From an uncultured Acidobacteriaceae bacterium (lineage in GTDB: Bacteria; Acidobacteriota; Terriglobia; Terriglobales; Acidobacteriaceae), in the NCBI GenBank assembly GCA_963790935.1, contig CAWBRJ010000001.1, positions 69,313-133,312 of the forward strand: a stretch of DNA of 64,000 bases, read 5' to 3'. The translations under genes and the position numbers were made by a program. Position 1 is the stretch's first letter. Each line of letters begins with the position of its first letter. This document shows positions 31,113 to 42,795 of the stretch, piece after piece. Under the pieces are notes generated by a model, which saw nothing but the letters and a program-made list of their open reading frames with translations, did not search any database and was not told where the DNA came from.

Positions 31113-31989
31113 TCACTTGCCGTGATCGAGCTGACTCTCTACGAGGTCTCCTACCTGGCGAGCGGTGAAACTGTTGCCTTCAAGATTCACGGCCAGCTGA
31201 CCGCTGCGGTCGATGATGACGGTGTGGAGTGAGTGAGTGAGAAGACCTTCGTCGCGCCAGAAGTCCATGCCGAAAAGGGCTGCCACCTGCTTTACCTCCG
31301 GTTTTGATCCCGACAGGAAGTGCCATTTGGACGGATCGGCGTGCCATACCTGGGCGTAGTCGGAAGAGGGTCTTTCCATTGTCGTGTTCGGGATCGATGT
31401 CAATGGTAAGGAGGATGAGGTCGCGTCCAGCATGGCTAGCGAAGCGGCGTTCCACGCCTGCAAGGTTGTTCGACAGGCGCCGGCAGTAGTTGGGATTGGG
31501 ACACCTGGAGTAGCCAAAGGTGAGGGCCACGACCTTGTTTCTAAACTGCGAGAGATGAACCTGCTCGCCAGATTGATCGGTAAGAGTGAAGTCCGGGACA
31601 GGCTCGCCGACCTTGACTATTGTCGCGGCCTGCCCAGGGTTGAGAGCGGAGGAAATCGCCGTAAGGCCGCCGGCTTGCATGGGTTCTGACTCGAAATTTT
31701 CAGAGGCCTCCTGCTTGATCTGTTCGGCGTAAAGCTCATGGCCGCTGGTGACTATATTGAAGCGGATCTGCATCCCCGGCTTAAGCGTATTGAGGTCCGC
31801 TGGAAGCCGTACCTTGAACCACATCTCCATAGGAGCCATGTAACCGGGGATCTCAGCGCAGGAGACAAGAATGGAGTGGGACTTGGCGTTCGTCTCGACC
31901 ACCAGGCCGGAATCAGCATGGGTCTCGGCCAAAAGCGACATCGCACTGAGGATGAAGATGAAAGCGAGATTACCTGTTTTCGGCCACAT
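31113..31989 (-). pseudogene. SCO1/SenC-family thiol:disulfide (copper chaperone) protein with N-terminal CusF-like metal-binding domain, one frameshift near 31379
   Basis: From ATG 31989: MWPKTGNLAFIFILSAMSLLA.., then IPGYMAPMEMWFKV (Met-rich CusF-like motif), then FGYSRCPNPNYC..LILLTIDIDPEHD. The frame then changes, and ORF 31113..31517 continues MERPSSDYAQVWHADPSKWHFLSG..THSLHTVIIDRSGQL. An extra a in gacAAtgg explains the shift. The start overlaps the CRTAC1 gene end by 20 nt. Confidence 0.8.
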
Positions 31990-34534
31990 GGTGGGATGAG
32001 GGCTGAATCGGAGGACGATCCAGCTTGAGGTAGATGCTAGCAAATTCCTTGATCTGCAAGTATTGGCCTACCGCAACGTTCTCGAAGTGCTGGTGTGTCT
32101 TGCTGGTGGGCCAGAAGATATCGATGCTATTGATTACGGCGTGATGGCCCAGTCCGATGTGCTGCTCAACAGGGTTTGCGCCGAAGGAACTGCTTTGGCC
32201 CACGGTACGGAAGATAGTGCGTGACTGGACGCCGTCATCCGTCACGGTGACCTTGATCTCGGCGCCCAGGGCCTCGCGGTTTGTTTTAACTCCGATAAGA
32301 CGCAGGTTGATCCAATCGTTTTCGCTGGTGCGATTGCGGAAGACGCGCATGGCATGCTTGTCTCCGGGTACTGAGCCACCGATCTCGGCAACTATATCTT
32401 CGTGCCCACTACGGTCGAGGTCGGCAAAGGCAATGCCATGACCCTTATGAAGTTCACCCGTGCCGGAAGAGGCGGTGATGTCGACGAAGGATTTTCCCGC
32501 GTCGTTTCGTAGTAGGACATGAGGCATTAGGTCAGCGAAGGAAGGCTGGCCCATGCCGAGATAGATGTCGAGGTAGCCATCGTTATCGACGTCGCCGAAG
32601 TTCGAGCCCATGGGCATGAAGACCTTATCCAGCCCTACCTCGGCGGTGACGTCTGCGAATGTGCCATCGTGAAGGTTACGATAGAGTTTGAGAGTTTCGG
32701 CGGAGACGGGAAGGTTCAGATAACTCCGCATCACCTGATCGACGGTGAAACTGTGATAGCTGGTCACAAAGAGGTCGGGCCAGCCATCGTTATCAAAGTC
32801 GAAGAACCAGACAGAAAAGCTTAAGAAAGGGGCTTGAACACCCGCCTGCCGGGCGACGTCGGTAAACGTGAGGTCGCCATTGTTGTGATAAAGGAAATGG
32901 GCGCCGCCGTAGTTAGATACATAGAAATCCGGATATCCATCCTTGTCATAATCGGCAGAGACAACAGCCTTGGTAAACGCCACTTTGTCGATGCCCGCAG
33001 CGTGCGATATATCCTCGAAGGTTCCATCGCCTTTGTTACGAAAGAGCTGGCTTGGTGCGTTTTCGTTACCGACGAAGAGATCGAGGAGGCCATCGTTGTC
33101 GACGTCGGCCCAGGCGGCGGTCTGGGTGGGGGCAAGCTTTCCGTTGGCGAGCCCGGCTTGCCGGGTAACGTCGGTGAAGGTTCCGTTGCAGTTGTTGCGC
33201 AGAAGCGATTTGCGGATTGGGAACTCCCAGCCGCCGCGCAGCAGCAGGATATCCATGCATCCATCATTGTTATAGTCGGCCTGGATCATGTTGAGGGCGC
33301 CGAGTTGGTTGGATAGTCCGGCCTCGACGGTTCGGTCGCTGAAGGTTCCGTTGCCGTTGTTGTGGAAGAAATGCATGGAGTCGCACAGGTCTACGCTCGA
33401 CGTGATGACATCGAGCAAGCCGTCGTTATCAAAATCGTCGACGATGACTCCGCCGGCTGCGGCAAAGACGTTGAGGCCGGTCTCGCGCGCGACATCGGTA
33501 AAGCGGCCTACGCTCTGCCTGGACTGGAACACGATGGGAGAAATGAGATAGCGAATGGGGACGCCCGCGGGGTATTTTCCGAGCGTCATGTAGGCGAGGT
33601 TCAGAAGCCAGCGAACTTGCAGGTCGTTGGGCGCCACATCAAGGAAGCTGAGGAAGTACTGGATGGCTTTTTGCGAGTCTTCTGGCTTGGTGTAATGAGC
33701 GGCGGGGTCTACGGGCGGAAAGATGTCGATCGTTCCCGAGTCGCGCATGACACCATTCTCGATACCCGCGCGATGAAGGTAGGTGACACCGAGAGCCTCT
33801 TGCATGTATGGAATCGCACCGGGAACACTGGTCTGCGCTATCTGGTAGGCGCTGCTCCACTCGCGGATGGAGCTATCCAGATCGCCTACGAAGGCAAATA
33901 GCTGCGCGAGAGCGACATGGCTGCGCATGATCTCGATTGGCGCGGGCTTCGGTCCGGAGCCGCCTTGCGCCGCGGCTAGAAGCGTCTGCATCTTCGCGAC
34001 GGCGGCAAGATGAGATTCCTTGCGGATCGTGCATGGTTCGTGAAGATCCAGGTTCCAGCCATCCCTCTTGGAGTACTGCTCGAAGATGGAATCTTCTTCA
34101 GACATTCCAGCAACATTGATGCTTTGGCGTACGGGCTTGTCCGTCGGGATGGATGCAATCTTTTGGGAGTCGAGATCATGCGTTTCGGGCGTCTTCTTGA
34201 AGACGGTGACGACGGCGAAACCGGAGGGGACAGAGATGGCGGCGGAATACTGGCCTGGTTGAAGGTGGCCGCCAGCGTCACGCAGATGAGCATCCAAATG
34301 CTCAGCGCCGGAGAGGCCGAGGTAGCCCCCATCCTGCGCGGAAGGGTCAATCGAGTGCTCCTTGGCCAGGACCGAGAAGTTCATTCCCTGCTTCAGCTGA
34401 AGGAGGACAGCGTCCGACTGTTCGAGAGTCTTAGTGAGGATGACGCCGACGGGTCTATTGTCTTGCTGGGCAAACAGTAAGACGGCGGCGCAAAGGCTCA
34501 GAACAGGGATCAAAACCAACCGCATCGAGCTCAT
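31970..34534 (-). CDS. CRTAC1-family protein (FG-GAP/VCBS repeats + ASPIC/UnbV) with N-terminal parvulin-like PpiC domain and helical linker
   Basis: ATG at 34534 (the ORF track uses TTG at 34540). Signal peptide. LKQGMNFSVLAKEHSIDPSAQDGGYLG rotamase-like motif. Repeated DxDNDGxxD FG-GAP units. C-terminal NDWINLRLIGVKTNREALGAEIKV..GQSSSFGANP (UnbV_ASPIC). Confidence 0.85.
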   Translation of the reverse strand: MSSMRLVLIPVLSLCAAVLLFAQQDNRPVGVILTKTLEQSDAVLLQLKQGMNFSVLAKEHSIDPSAQDGGYLGLSGAEHLDAHLRDAGGHLQPGQYSAAISVPSGFAVVTVFKKTPETHDLDSQKIASIPTDKPVRQSINVAGMSEEDSIFEQYSKRDGWNLDLHEPCTIRKESHLAAVAKMQTLLAAAQGGSGPKPAPIEIMRSHVALAQLFAFVGDLDSSIREWSSAYQIAQTSVPGAIPYMQEALGVTYLHRAGIENGVMRDSGTIDIFPPVDPAAHYTKPEDSQKAIQYFLSFLDVAPNDLQVRWLLNLAYMTLGKYPAGVPIRYLISPIVFQSRQSVGRFTDVARETGLNVFAAAGGVIVDDFDNDGLLDVITSSVDLCDSMHFFHNNGNGTFSDRTVEAGLSNQLGALNMIQADYNNDGCMDILLLRGGWEFPIRKSLLRNNCNGTFTDVTRQAGLANGKLAPTQTAAWADVDNDGLLDLFVGNENAPSQLFRNKGDGTFEDISHAAGIDKVAFTKAVVSADYDKDGYPDFYVSNYGGAHFLYHNNGDLTFTDVARQAGVQAPFLSFSVWFFDFDNDGWPDLFVTSYHSFTVDQVMRSYLNLPVSAETLKLYRNLHDGTFADVTAEVGLDKVFMPMGSNFGDVDNDGYLDIYLGMGQPSFADLMPHVLLRNDAGKSFVDITASSGTGELHKGHGIAFADLDRSGHEDIVAEIGGSVPGDKHAMRVFRNRTSENDWINLRLIGVKTNREALGAEIKVTVTDDGVQSRTIFRTVGQSSSFGANPVEQHIGLGHHAVINSIDIFWPTSKTHQHFENVAVGQYLQIKEFASIYLKLDRPPIQPSSHHVAENR

Positions 34535-34637
34535 TTGCAACCGACCTACTGCGTTATTGACGAGGATGTTAACACACAGGGTGGCGGGTGTCCGTGAGGT
34601 ACCACGGATGCAAATTCCTCAGACAATTACTTGCTAA

Positions 34638-36179
<1,542 letters not shown>

Positions 36180-36208
36180 GGTACGCCTATACTGGACATG
36201 AACATTTG

Positions 36209-38044
36209 ATGGCCTGGTCTCGAAGAACCTTCCTCACTTCCCTATCGCGGACGGCATTGGTACTCACGCTTGAGGACGTGCTGGCTCTTGCTGCTCCCCT
36301 TCAGATCGGCTCCCGGACGCCTTACAATGCGCCTCCGCGTCCCGCTCCTCCCGGGGCTCCTTCGCCAGTCGCAGGCACGCCGCTGGGCTATCAGTACGTG
36401 AATGTGGCCGCCAAGAGCGGACTGAACGTCAAAACGATCTACGGAGGGGAGCACAAAAACCGATATCTGCTGGAGACTACGGGGTGTGGGGTCGCCTTCT
36501 TCGACTTCGATCAGGACGATTGGGTAGATATCTTTCTGGTGAATGGGACCCGGCTCGAGGGTTTCCCCAAAGGGCAGGAGCCGATTTCGCGGCTGTTCAA
36601 GAACAACCGCGACGGCACCTTCACCGATGTCACCCAGCGGAGCGGCGTGGGGCGAACGGGCTGGGGTCAGGGTTGTTGTGTTGGAGATTACAACGGCGAC
36701 GGGTGGAACGATCTGTTCGTCAGCTACTACGGGCAAAATGTGCTCTATCGAAATAACGGTGATGGCACGTTCACCGATGTGACAGCGAAAGCGGGTCTGC
36801 TGCAGTCCACGAAGCGGTGGAATTCCGGCTGCGCGTTCCTCGATTACGATCGCGACGGCCATCTGGATTTGTTTGTCGCCAACTATATTGATTTCGATAT
36901 AAAGACGGCTCCGCTGCCGGAAGCCGCCGCGTGTTCGTACAAGGGCATCCAGGTGGCCTGCGGTCCGCCCGGCCTGGAGGGTGGGAAGAACATCCTTTAT
37001 CGCAACAACGGTGATGGCACATTTACGGATGTCAGTGCCAAGGCGGGCATCCTGGATACGGTCGGCACCTACGGTCTGAGCGTTGCGGTAGCCGATCTGG
37101 ACAATGACGGGTGGCCCGACATCTACGTGGCCAACGATTCGACCGCGGCCACCTTTTACCGCAACCAACGTGATGGCACATTCAAGGATGAGGCGATCGA
37201 AAGCGGAGTAGCCTTCTCACCGGATGGCAAACCGCAGGCCGGCATGGGAGTGAGTATCGGCGACTTCAACCGCGACGGACTGTTGGACATTGTTAAAACC
37301 AACTTCGCGGGGGACACGGATTCGCTTTATATGAACGCGGGCAACGGAGAGTTCGAGGACCGGACTTACCTGGCGGGTCTGGGTATCAACACGCGCTACC
37401 TGGGCTGGGGGGTGGGATTCTTCGATCCCGATAACGACGGCTGGCTGGACATCCTGGTCTGCAATGGACATGTGTATCCAGAGGTAGAAGGTTCGAGCAA
37501 CGAAGCGCCTTACGCCGAGCATAAATATCTGTACCGGAATTTGCGCAACGGGCAATTTGAAGACGTAAGCGCGCTGGGGGGCCCGGGGATTGTGGAACCC
37601 GTGCCGGCTCGCGGCTGTGCGTTCGGCGACTATGACAATGATGGTGACGTGGACGTGGTGGTGAATTGCGTCAACGCTCCACCCCAGCTTCTACGCTGCG
37701 ACGCGAGTGGGCCGGCGGCTAATCGCAATTGGATCAAGCTTCGCTTGGTGGGGGTCAAAAGCAACCGCACCGGGATTGGCGCACGCATCATTGTTACCGC
37801 AGAGAATCTGCCGGGCAAGACGATGCAACAAGTGGAGGAAGTGCGTTCGGGAGGCAGCTATTTTTCGCAAAACGATTTGCGTCTGCATTTCGGTTTGCAG
37901 AGCGCGCGTGTGGCTTCCGTCGAGATTGTTTGGCCATCTGGAGTTCGAGATCACCTGAAAGAGCTGCCGGCGAACTCGTTGTATGTGGTGCAAGAGGGTG
38001 GAAAGGTAATAAAGACAATGGCAATGCCGGCGTCAAAACATTAG
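36209..38044 (+). CDS. CRTAC1-family protein (FG-GAP/VCBS + ASPIC/UnbV), Tat signal
   Basis: ATG at 36209 gives MAWSRRTFLTSLSRTALVL. Repeated DxDxDGxxD units. C-terminal NRNWIKLRLVGVKSNRTGIGARI..SGGSYFSQNDLRLHFGL. Confidence 0.88.
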   Translation: MAWSRRTFLTSLSRTALVLTLEDVLALAAPLQIGSRTPYNAPPRPAPPGAPSPVAGTPLGYQYVNVAAKSGLNVKTIYGGEHKNRYLLETTGCGVAFFDFDQDDWVDIFLVNGTRLEGFPKGQEPISRLFKNNRDGTFTDVTQRSGVGRTGWGQGCCVGDYNGDGWNDLFVSYYGQNVLYRNNGDGTFTDVTAKAGLLQSTKRWNSGCAFLDYDRDGHLDLFVANYIDFDIKTAPLPEAAACSYKGIQVACGPPGLEGGKNILYRNNGDGTFTDVSAKAGILDTVGTYGLSVAVADLDNDGWPDIYVANDSTAATFYRNQRDGTFKDEAIESGVAFSPDGKPQAGMGVSIGDFNRDGLLDIVKTNFAGDTDSLYMNAGNGEFEDRTYLAGLGINTRYLGWGVGFFDPDNDGWLDILVCNGHVYPEVEGSSNEAPYAEHKYLYRNLRNGQFEDVSALGGPGIVEPVPARGCAFGDYDNDGDVDVVVNCVNAPPQLLRCDASGPAANRNWIKLRLVGVKSNRTGIGARIIVTAENLPGKTMQQVEEVRSGGSYFSQNDLRLHFGLQSARVASVEIVWPSGVRDHLKELPANSLYVVQEGGKVIKTMAMPASKH

Positions 38045-38067
38045 ATCGTTACGGACGCCCCCGCCAC

Positions 38068-38153
38068 CAGGGCTAAAGCCCTGAATTTATAACCGGAACG
38101 TTCTGCGCGGGTTTGAAAACCCGCGCCCCCGGACTAAAGTCCGGGGCTACACC
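38068..38153. repeat. Array of three short perfect hairpins (REP-like)
   Basis: cagggc-taaa-gccctg (38068-38083); gcgcgggt-ttgaaa-acccgcgc (38105-38126); ccccggac-taaa-gtccgggg (38127-38146). The tail aaagtccggggctacacc matches 21638-21655. Confidence 0.85.
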
Positions 38154-38256
38154 CCCTTTCAGGATCCTTCGCAACATCCCCAAAGCCGCATTGGCAGGTT
38201 TAGACAGCTGTTATGACAACATGCTATGGTTTCGGCCTACGTGTTGGAGAAAAACA

Positions 38257-40035
38257 ATGTTCCCAAGAAGTTGGTTGCCAGCAATGGCGGCCTGCATAGC
38301 CGGGGCGGCAATCTCAACCTGTTCGGCAACCGCTCAGCCTGCGCCTGACTCCACCTGGTGGAAGCACTCGATGATCTACGAGATCTATCCACGCAGCTTT
38401 CAGGACTCAAACGGTGATGGGATTGGCGACCTGAACGGGATCCGCAACCGTTTGGACTACCTGCAGCAGCTCGGGGTCGACACTATCTGGATCGCTCCCA
38501 TGTACCCCTCTCCCCAGGTTGATTTCGGATACGACATCTCCGATTACGAGACGGTGGACCCGACGTACGGTACCCTGGCAGATTTCGACCAACTTCAAGC
38601 CGCGGCCAACCAGCACCATATCCGCATTGTGCTCGACATGGTTCTGAACCATACCTCGGACAAGCACAAGTGGTTTATTGAATCAGCGACCTCGCGAACA
38701 AACCCCAAGGCAGATTGGTACGTATGGAACGATGGGGTTGCCGCCAACTCACCCGGGGTAACGGCTTTTCAGAAACGATTCGAACACGATGGAATGTTGC
38801 CGCCGAACAACTGGGAATCGGTGTTTGGTGGCTCGGCATGGGAGTGGGTGCCGGCACGAAAACAGTTTTACTATCACAAGTTCTACCGCCAGCAGCCTGA
38901 CCTGAACTGGTCAAACCCCGAGGTCGAGAAGGCCATGTTCGACACCATGCGCTTTTGGCTCGACAGGGGAGTTGCCGGGTTCCGTCTCGACGCCATCCCA
39001 ACCCTGTTTGAGGATCCACAGCTGCGTAACGAGCCGGAGAAGGGCGGCGTCAACGCTTACGGTGATCCCATTCTGGACGATGTCTATACCAGCAATCTTC
39101 CGCGGGTTCACGAAACCATCCGCCATATGCGGGCCATGGTGCAGAGCTATCCCGGCGACCGTGTGCTGATCGGCGAAACGTACTTACCGGATACAGCCGA
39201 ACTGCAGAAGTGGTACGGTGGCGCCGCGCAGGACGAGTTGCAACTACCGATGGATCTGCTGCTCGGCTTCGCAACCGGCACGCACTACACGGCCGACCAT
39301 TTTCGCAAGTACATAGGCGAGGCGGAGACAGAGCTGGGAGGTGCGCAGCCGCTTTTCGTCTTCGACAATCATGACAACGTTCGCTCCATCGATCGATTCG
39401 GCGACGGAGTCCATAATGTCGCGATTGCCAAAGGCATTGCCGCTACCTTGCTTACTACCAAGGCAGCCGCCATGACCTACTACGGGGCGGAAATTGGCAT
39501 GCCGACTACGCCTCCGAAACGCCGCGAAGATGTGAAGGATCCCGTCGGGATTACCGGCTGGCCGAAGGAAAAGGGCCGTGACGGGGAGCGCACCCCGATG
39601 CAATGGACTCCGGGACCGCAGGCGGGTTTCTCCACCAATCCTCACACCTGGCTTCCCATTCCGCCGGATTATAAGACGGTCAATGTCGAGGTGGAGAGTG
39701 CGAATCCCGACTCACTGTTGAACTGGTACAAGCGCCTCATTGCGTTACGGCGCGACAACGCGTCGCTTCGCGATGGCGGCTTCGTGATGCTGCAGAAGGA
39801 CAATCCTGATGTGCTGAGCTATCTGCGTACAGGCGTCAACGGGAGCGAACCGGTTGTGGTTGCCATCAACATGACGGGGCGGCCACAACATGTGTCGCTG
39901 GACCTTACCCCTGCAGGAGTTTCCGGAACATCGGGTGATACCCTGCTTTCTACAGAAAAGGCTTCCCCCTCCGCAACTTCGCTGAAGGATATTACGTTAA
40001 AACCCTATGCTGTCTGGATCGCGACCGTCCGGTAG
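38257..40035 (+). CDS. GH13 alpha-glucosidase / oligo-1,6-glucosidase-like enzyme, secreted
   Basis: In-frame ATG at 38257 gives the signal peptide MFPRSWLPAMAACIAGAAISTCSA. DSNGDGIGDLNG, VLDMVLNHTSDKH, GFRLDAI, IGET and FDNHDN are the conserved GH13 regions. Confidence 0.88.
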   Translation: MFPRSWLPAMAACIAGAAISTCSATAQPAPDSTWWKHSMIYEIYPRSFQDSNGDGIGDLNGIRNRLDYLQQLGVDTIWIAPMYPSPQVDFGYDISDYETVDPTYGTLADFDQLQAAANQHHIRIVLDMVLNHTSDKHKWFIESATSRTNPKADWYVWNDGVAANSPGVTAFQKRFEHDGMLPPNNWESVFGGSAWEWVPARKQFYYHKFYRQQPDLNWSNPEVEKAMFDTMRFWLDRGVAGFRLDAIPTLFEDPQLRNEPEKGGVNAYGDPILDDVYTSNLPRVHETIRHMRAMVQSYPGDRVLIGETYLPDTAELQKWYGGAAQDELQLPMDLLLGFATGTHYTADHFRKYIGEAETELGGAQPLFVFDNHDNVRSIDRFGDGVHNVAIAKGIAATLLTTKAAAMTYYGAEIGMPTTPPKRREDVKDPVGITGWPKEKGRDGERTPMQWTPGPQAGFSTNPHTWLPIPPDYKTVNVEVESANPDSLLNWYKRLIALRRDNASLRDGGFVMLQKDNPDVLSYLRTGVNGSEPVVVAINMTGRPQHVSLDLTPAGVSGTSGDTLLSTEKASPSATSLKDITLKPYAVWIATVR

Positions 40036-40097
40036 AGGGCGGCAACAGGTTACACAGTCAGTCGAGCCCTTCAAACAGGGTGGAGTAGGAGAAGGGC

Positions 40098-41243
40098 ATG
40101 AAACAATCCGGGCCACGTGGTGCTGCGCCTCTCGTTTTACGATCGCCGCTGCACCGGACGATTTGCGAGCAATTGCGGGCCGCCATTCTTGGACGGCAAT
40201 ACCAGCATGGAGATAAGCTGCCCAGCGAAGCCATGCTTTGCGAGCAGTTCCATGCCTCCCGCATTACGATTGCAAAGGCTCTCCAGACCTTGCAGATGGA
40301 TGGACTGATCGTCCGCAGGGCTGGGTCGGGTACCTACATCCACCTGCCCACGCCGAGCGCCAGCCACCAGTTTGGGCTTCTCATCCCGGAGCTAGGCAGC
40401 ACAGAAATTTTCGAACCCATCTGTCAGGGCATCATGCGCTCGCCGCAGGCCAGAACGCATTCTCTGGTGTGGGGTCATGCGATTGTGGATGAGAGCGGCC
40501 GGCAGGAAACCGCGGCGGAACTCTGCCGGCAGTTTATTGCTCAAAAGGTTTCTGGAGTTTTCTTTGCTCCGCTCGAATATGCGGACGAAAAAGACCTGAA
40601 GAACCAAACCATCGTCGCCGAGCTTCGCCAGGCGAACATTCCCATCGTTTTACTGGACCGTTGCTACAAGACTTATCCGCTGCGCTCGAATCTCGACCGG
40701 GTAGGAATTGACAACCATCGTGCCAGCTTCATGTTGACCGAACATCTTTGGAACCAGGGCGCTCGACGCATTGTGTTCGTGGCCAGGAAGCGTTCCGCGA
40801 CGACGATCGTGGAGCGCATTTCCGGGTATTATTTCGCGCTGAGAGAATGTGGCTCGAAGTTTTCAGGAAACGTTTTCTTCGGAGATGCCGAGGACGCCGA
40901 ATTTGTGCAGCATATTCTGCGCCGCGAAAAGCCTGATGCTGTCGTTTGCGGGAATGATCTTACCGCGGCTCGGCTCATGCGCTCTCTGATTGGCCTGGGT
41001 GTGCGTATCCCGGAGCAGATGCGCCTGGTGGGATTCGACGATGTCAGCTACGCGAAGTTTCTTCCCGTACCGCTCACGACAATCCACCAAAATTGCCAAC
41101 AAATCGGCGAAGCCGCCATCGAGATCATGCTCGATCGCATGGAGAACCCGTCGCGGCCTGGAATCGATCTGCTGGTTCCCTTCGAGCTGGTGGTGCGCGA
41201 GTCGTGCGGCACGCCAAAAGGGGAGAATGTGACAGCGAAATAG
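40098..41243 (+). CDS. GntR-type HTH fused to LacI/PBP1-type sugar-binding domain transcriptional regulator
   Basis: 381 aa, AGGAGAAGGG upstream. GDKLPSEAMLCEQFHASRITIAKALQTLQMDGLIVRRAGSGTYI (GntR wHTH), followed by a periplasmic-binding-protein-like fold (VSGVFFAP..IVLLDR..VVCGNDLTAARLM..VGFDD). Confidence 0.85.
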   Translation: MKQSGPRGAAPLVLRSPLHRTICEQLRAAILGRQYQHGDKLPSEAMLCEQFHASRITIAKALQTLQMDGLIVRRAGSGTYIHLPTPSASHQFGLLIPELGSTEIFEPICQGIMRSPQARTHSLVWGHAIVDESGRQETAAELCRQFIAQKVSGVFFAPLEYADEKDLKNQTIVAELRQANIPIVLLDRCYKTYPLRSNLDRVGIDNHRASFMLTEHLWNQGARRIVFVARKRSATTIVERISGYYFALRECGSKFSGNVFFGDAEDAEFVQHILRREKPDAVVCGNDLTAARLMRSLIGLGVRIPEQMRLVGFDDVSYAKFLPVPLTTIHQNCQQIGEAAIEIMLDRMENPSRPGIDLLVPFELVVRESCGTPKGENVTAK

Positions 41244-41253
41244 AGCGTACCAC

Positions 41254-42795
41254 TCAAGAACGACGAAGGTAGTCAGAGAGAGCCCGCAGAATGGGGCGAG
41301 ATTCATCGAGCGATCTGAGAATCGTATAAACGTAATGGTCGGGCCGTACGAGCGCTGCGGCACACTGATGGCGATCGAACCAGTTCGCGACCACGCCATC
41401 GCGCTCCGCGAGTCCTCGTCCACCGATGACAACGGGGGTGACCAGCGCCTGCTCGAGATCTGGCGCACCCACTTGGCGGCCATCCAGAAACAGCCGCCAT
41501 CCGTGCCCAACGATGTCGTCAAGAAGGGTAGACCCTTCAGGGGATAAGATCCAGGGCTGGGGAAACAACGTTCCAGTTGCATTCCCATCGCGTGGGCCAA
41601 GGAGCCCGCCTTCCAGCCCAGGCACGATCTCCTGACGGGTGACGGTGGGCGCTGACCCACCACCCTGCTTGAGGAGCGATGCGTCACGCAAACGCGCAGC
41701 TTCCGGGTCGCGTTCGCAAATGTGCCGGCCTATTTCTTTGATTCGCGAGGTCAGTGTGTACACGTGGCGGCTTCTCTCCTCGGCATACGTGTCGAGCAGA
41801 GCATCACTCGCCCCTTCGCGGAGGACGGCTTTGAGCTTCCAGGCCAGATTGGTCACATCCCGTATGCCCTGGCACATCCCTTGCCCGATAAATGGCGGCT
41901 GTTGATGTGCCGCATCTCCGGCGAGGAACGCGCTTCCCTTGCGCCACTGGTGTGCCACCAGGGCATGGAATCGATAGCTGCTCGCGCGCCACAGCTTGCC
42001 TTGGCCCGGTTTGAGCCATGGAGACAGCAGCTCCCACACTTTCGCTTCAGGTTCCATCGCCGCAGGTTCTTCTCCCGGCAGAAGCATGATCTCCCAGCGC
42101 CGGTGATTCCCAGGGCCAATAATGTAGGTCACGGGCCGAGCAGGATTGCAAAACTGGGCGGCTGTAGCCGGCAGACTGGCGATTGATTCCTCATCCACCA
42201 GTACATCAACCACCATCCACGGTTCATCAAAGCCAAGATCATCCAGTTGGACATCGAGACACTGGCGGATGCGGCTGGACGCGCCGTCGCATCCGATCAC
42301 GTAACGCGCGGTGACGGCGGATTTCGTCCCCTCCTCAGACTGTAGTTCCAGGCTGACATGATCGCGCGCCTGCCGAAGAGTGATTACCTCCTCGCCAAGG
42401 CGAACATCCACGGTGGCGTATTCTGCAGCATGTTCCCGCAATAACTTCTCCACGGGGGGCTGGCTGAAGACCATCGTGGGTAAATAACCCATGGGATAGG
42501 GCGGGCGCACGACATCAATCCGGCGGATCAGTTGTCCCTCGACCCCGAAGTGCTCAGAGGCGCCGAAGGGCGCGGTATACGGCAAAATTTTGTCGACGAT
42601 GCCCAGATTCTGGAAGATGCGGAGAATCTCGTGGTCGATTGCGACTGCTCTGGGTATATCCCAGATGCGGGGGCTCATATCGAGAACGAGTGTGCGAATG
42701 CCTGCCTGGCCAAGCCAGCAAGCGGCTACGGCGCCCGCCGGCCCAAAGCCAACCACTGCAACTTCGAATTGCGGAGTTCTGCTTACATCTTCCAT
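41254..42795 (-). CDS. FAD-dependent aromatic monooxygenase (MhpA / phenol-hydroxylase-like, with C-terminal thioredoxin-like domain)
   Basis: ATG at 42795 gives MEDVSRTPQFEVAVVGFGPAGAVAACWLGQAG (GxGxxG). FLAGDAAHQQPPFIGQGMCQGIRD FAD fingerprint. The ORF-track start 42900 would overlap the upstream gene by 118 nt. Confidence 0.85.
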   Translation of the reverse strand: MEDVSRTPQFEVAVVGFGPAGAVAACWLGQAGIRTLVLDMSPRIWDIPRAVAIDHEILRIFQNLGIVDKILPYTAPFGASEHFGVEGQLIRRIDVVRPPYPMGYLPTMVFSQPPVEKLLREHAAEYATVDVRLGEEVITLRQARDHVSLELQSEEGTKSAVTARYVIGCDGASSRIRQCLDVQLDDLGFDEPWMVVDVLVDEESIASLPATAAQFCNPARPVTYIIGPGNHRRWEIMLLPGEEPAAMEPEAKVWELLSPWLKPGQGKLWRASSYRFHALVAHQWRKGSAFLAGDAAHQQPPFIGQGMCQGIRDVTNLAWKLKAVLREGASDALLDTYAEERSRHVYTLTSRIKEIGRHICERDPEAARLRDASLLKQGGGSAPTVTRQEIVPGLEGGLLGPRDGNATGTLFPQPWILSPEGSTLLDDIVGHGWRLFLDGRQVGAPDLEQALVTPVVIGGRGLAERDGVVANWFDRHQCAAALVRPDHYVYTILRSLDESRPILRALSDYLRRS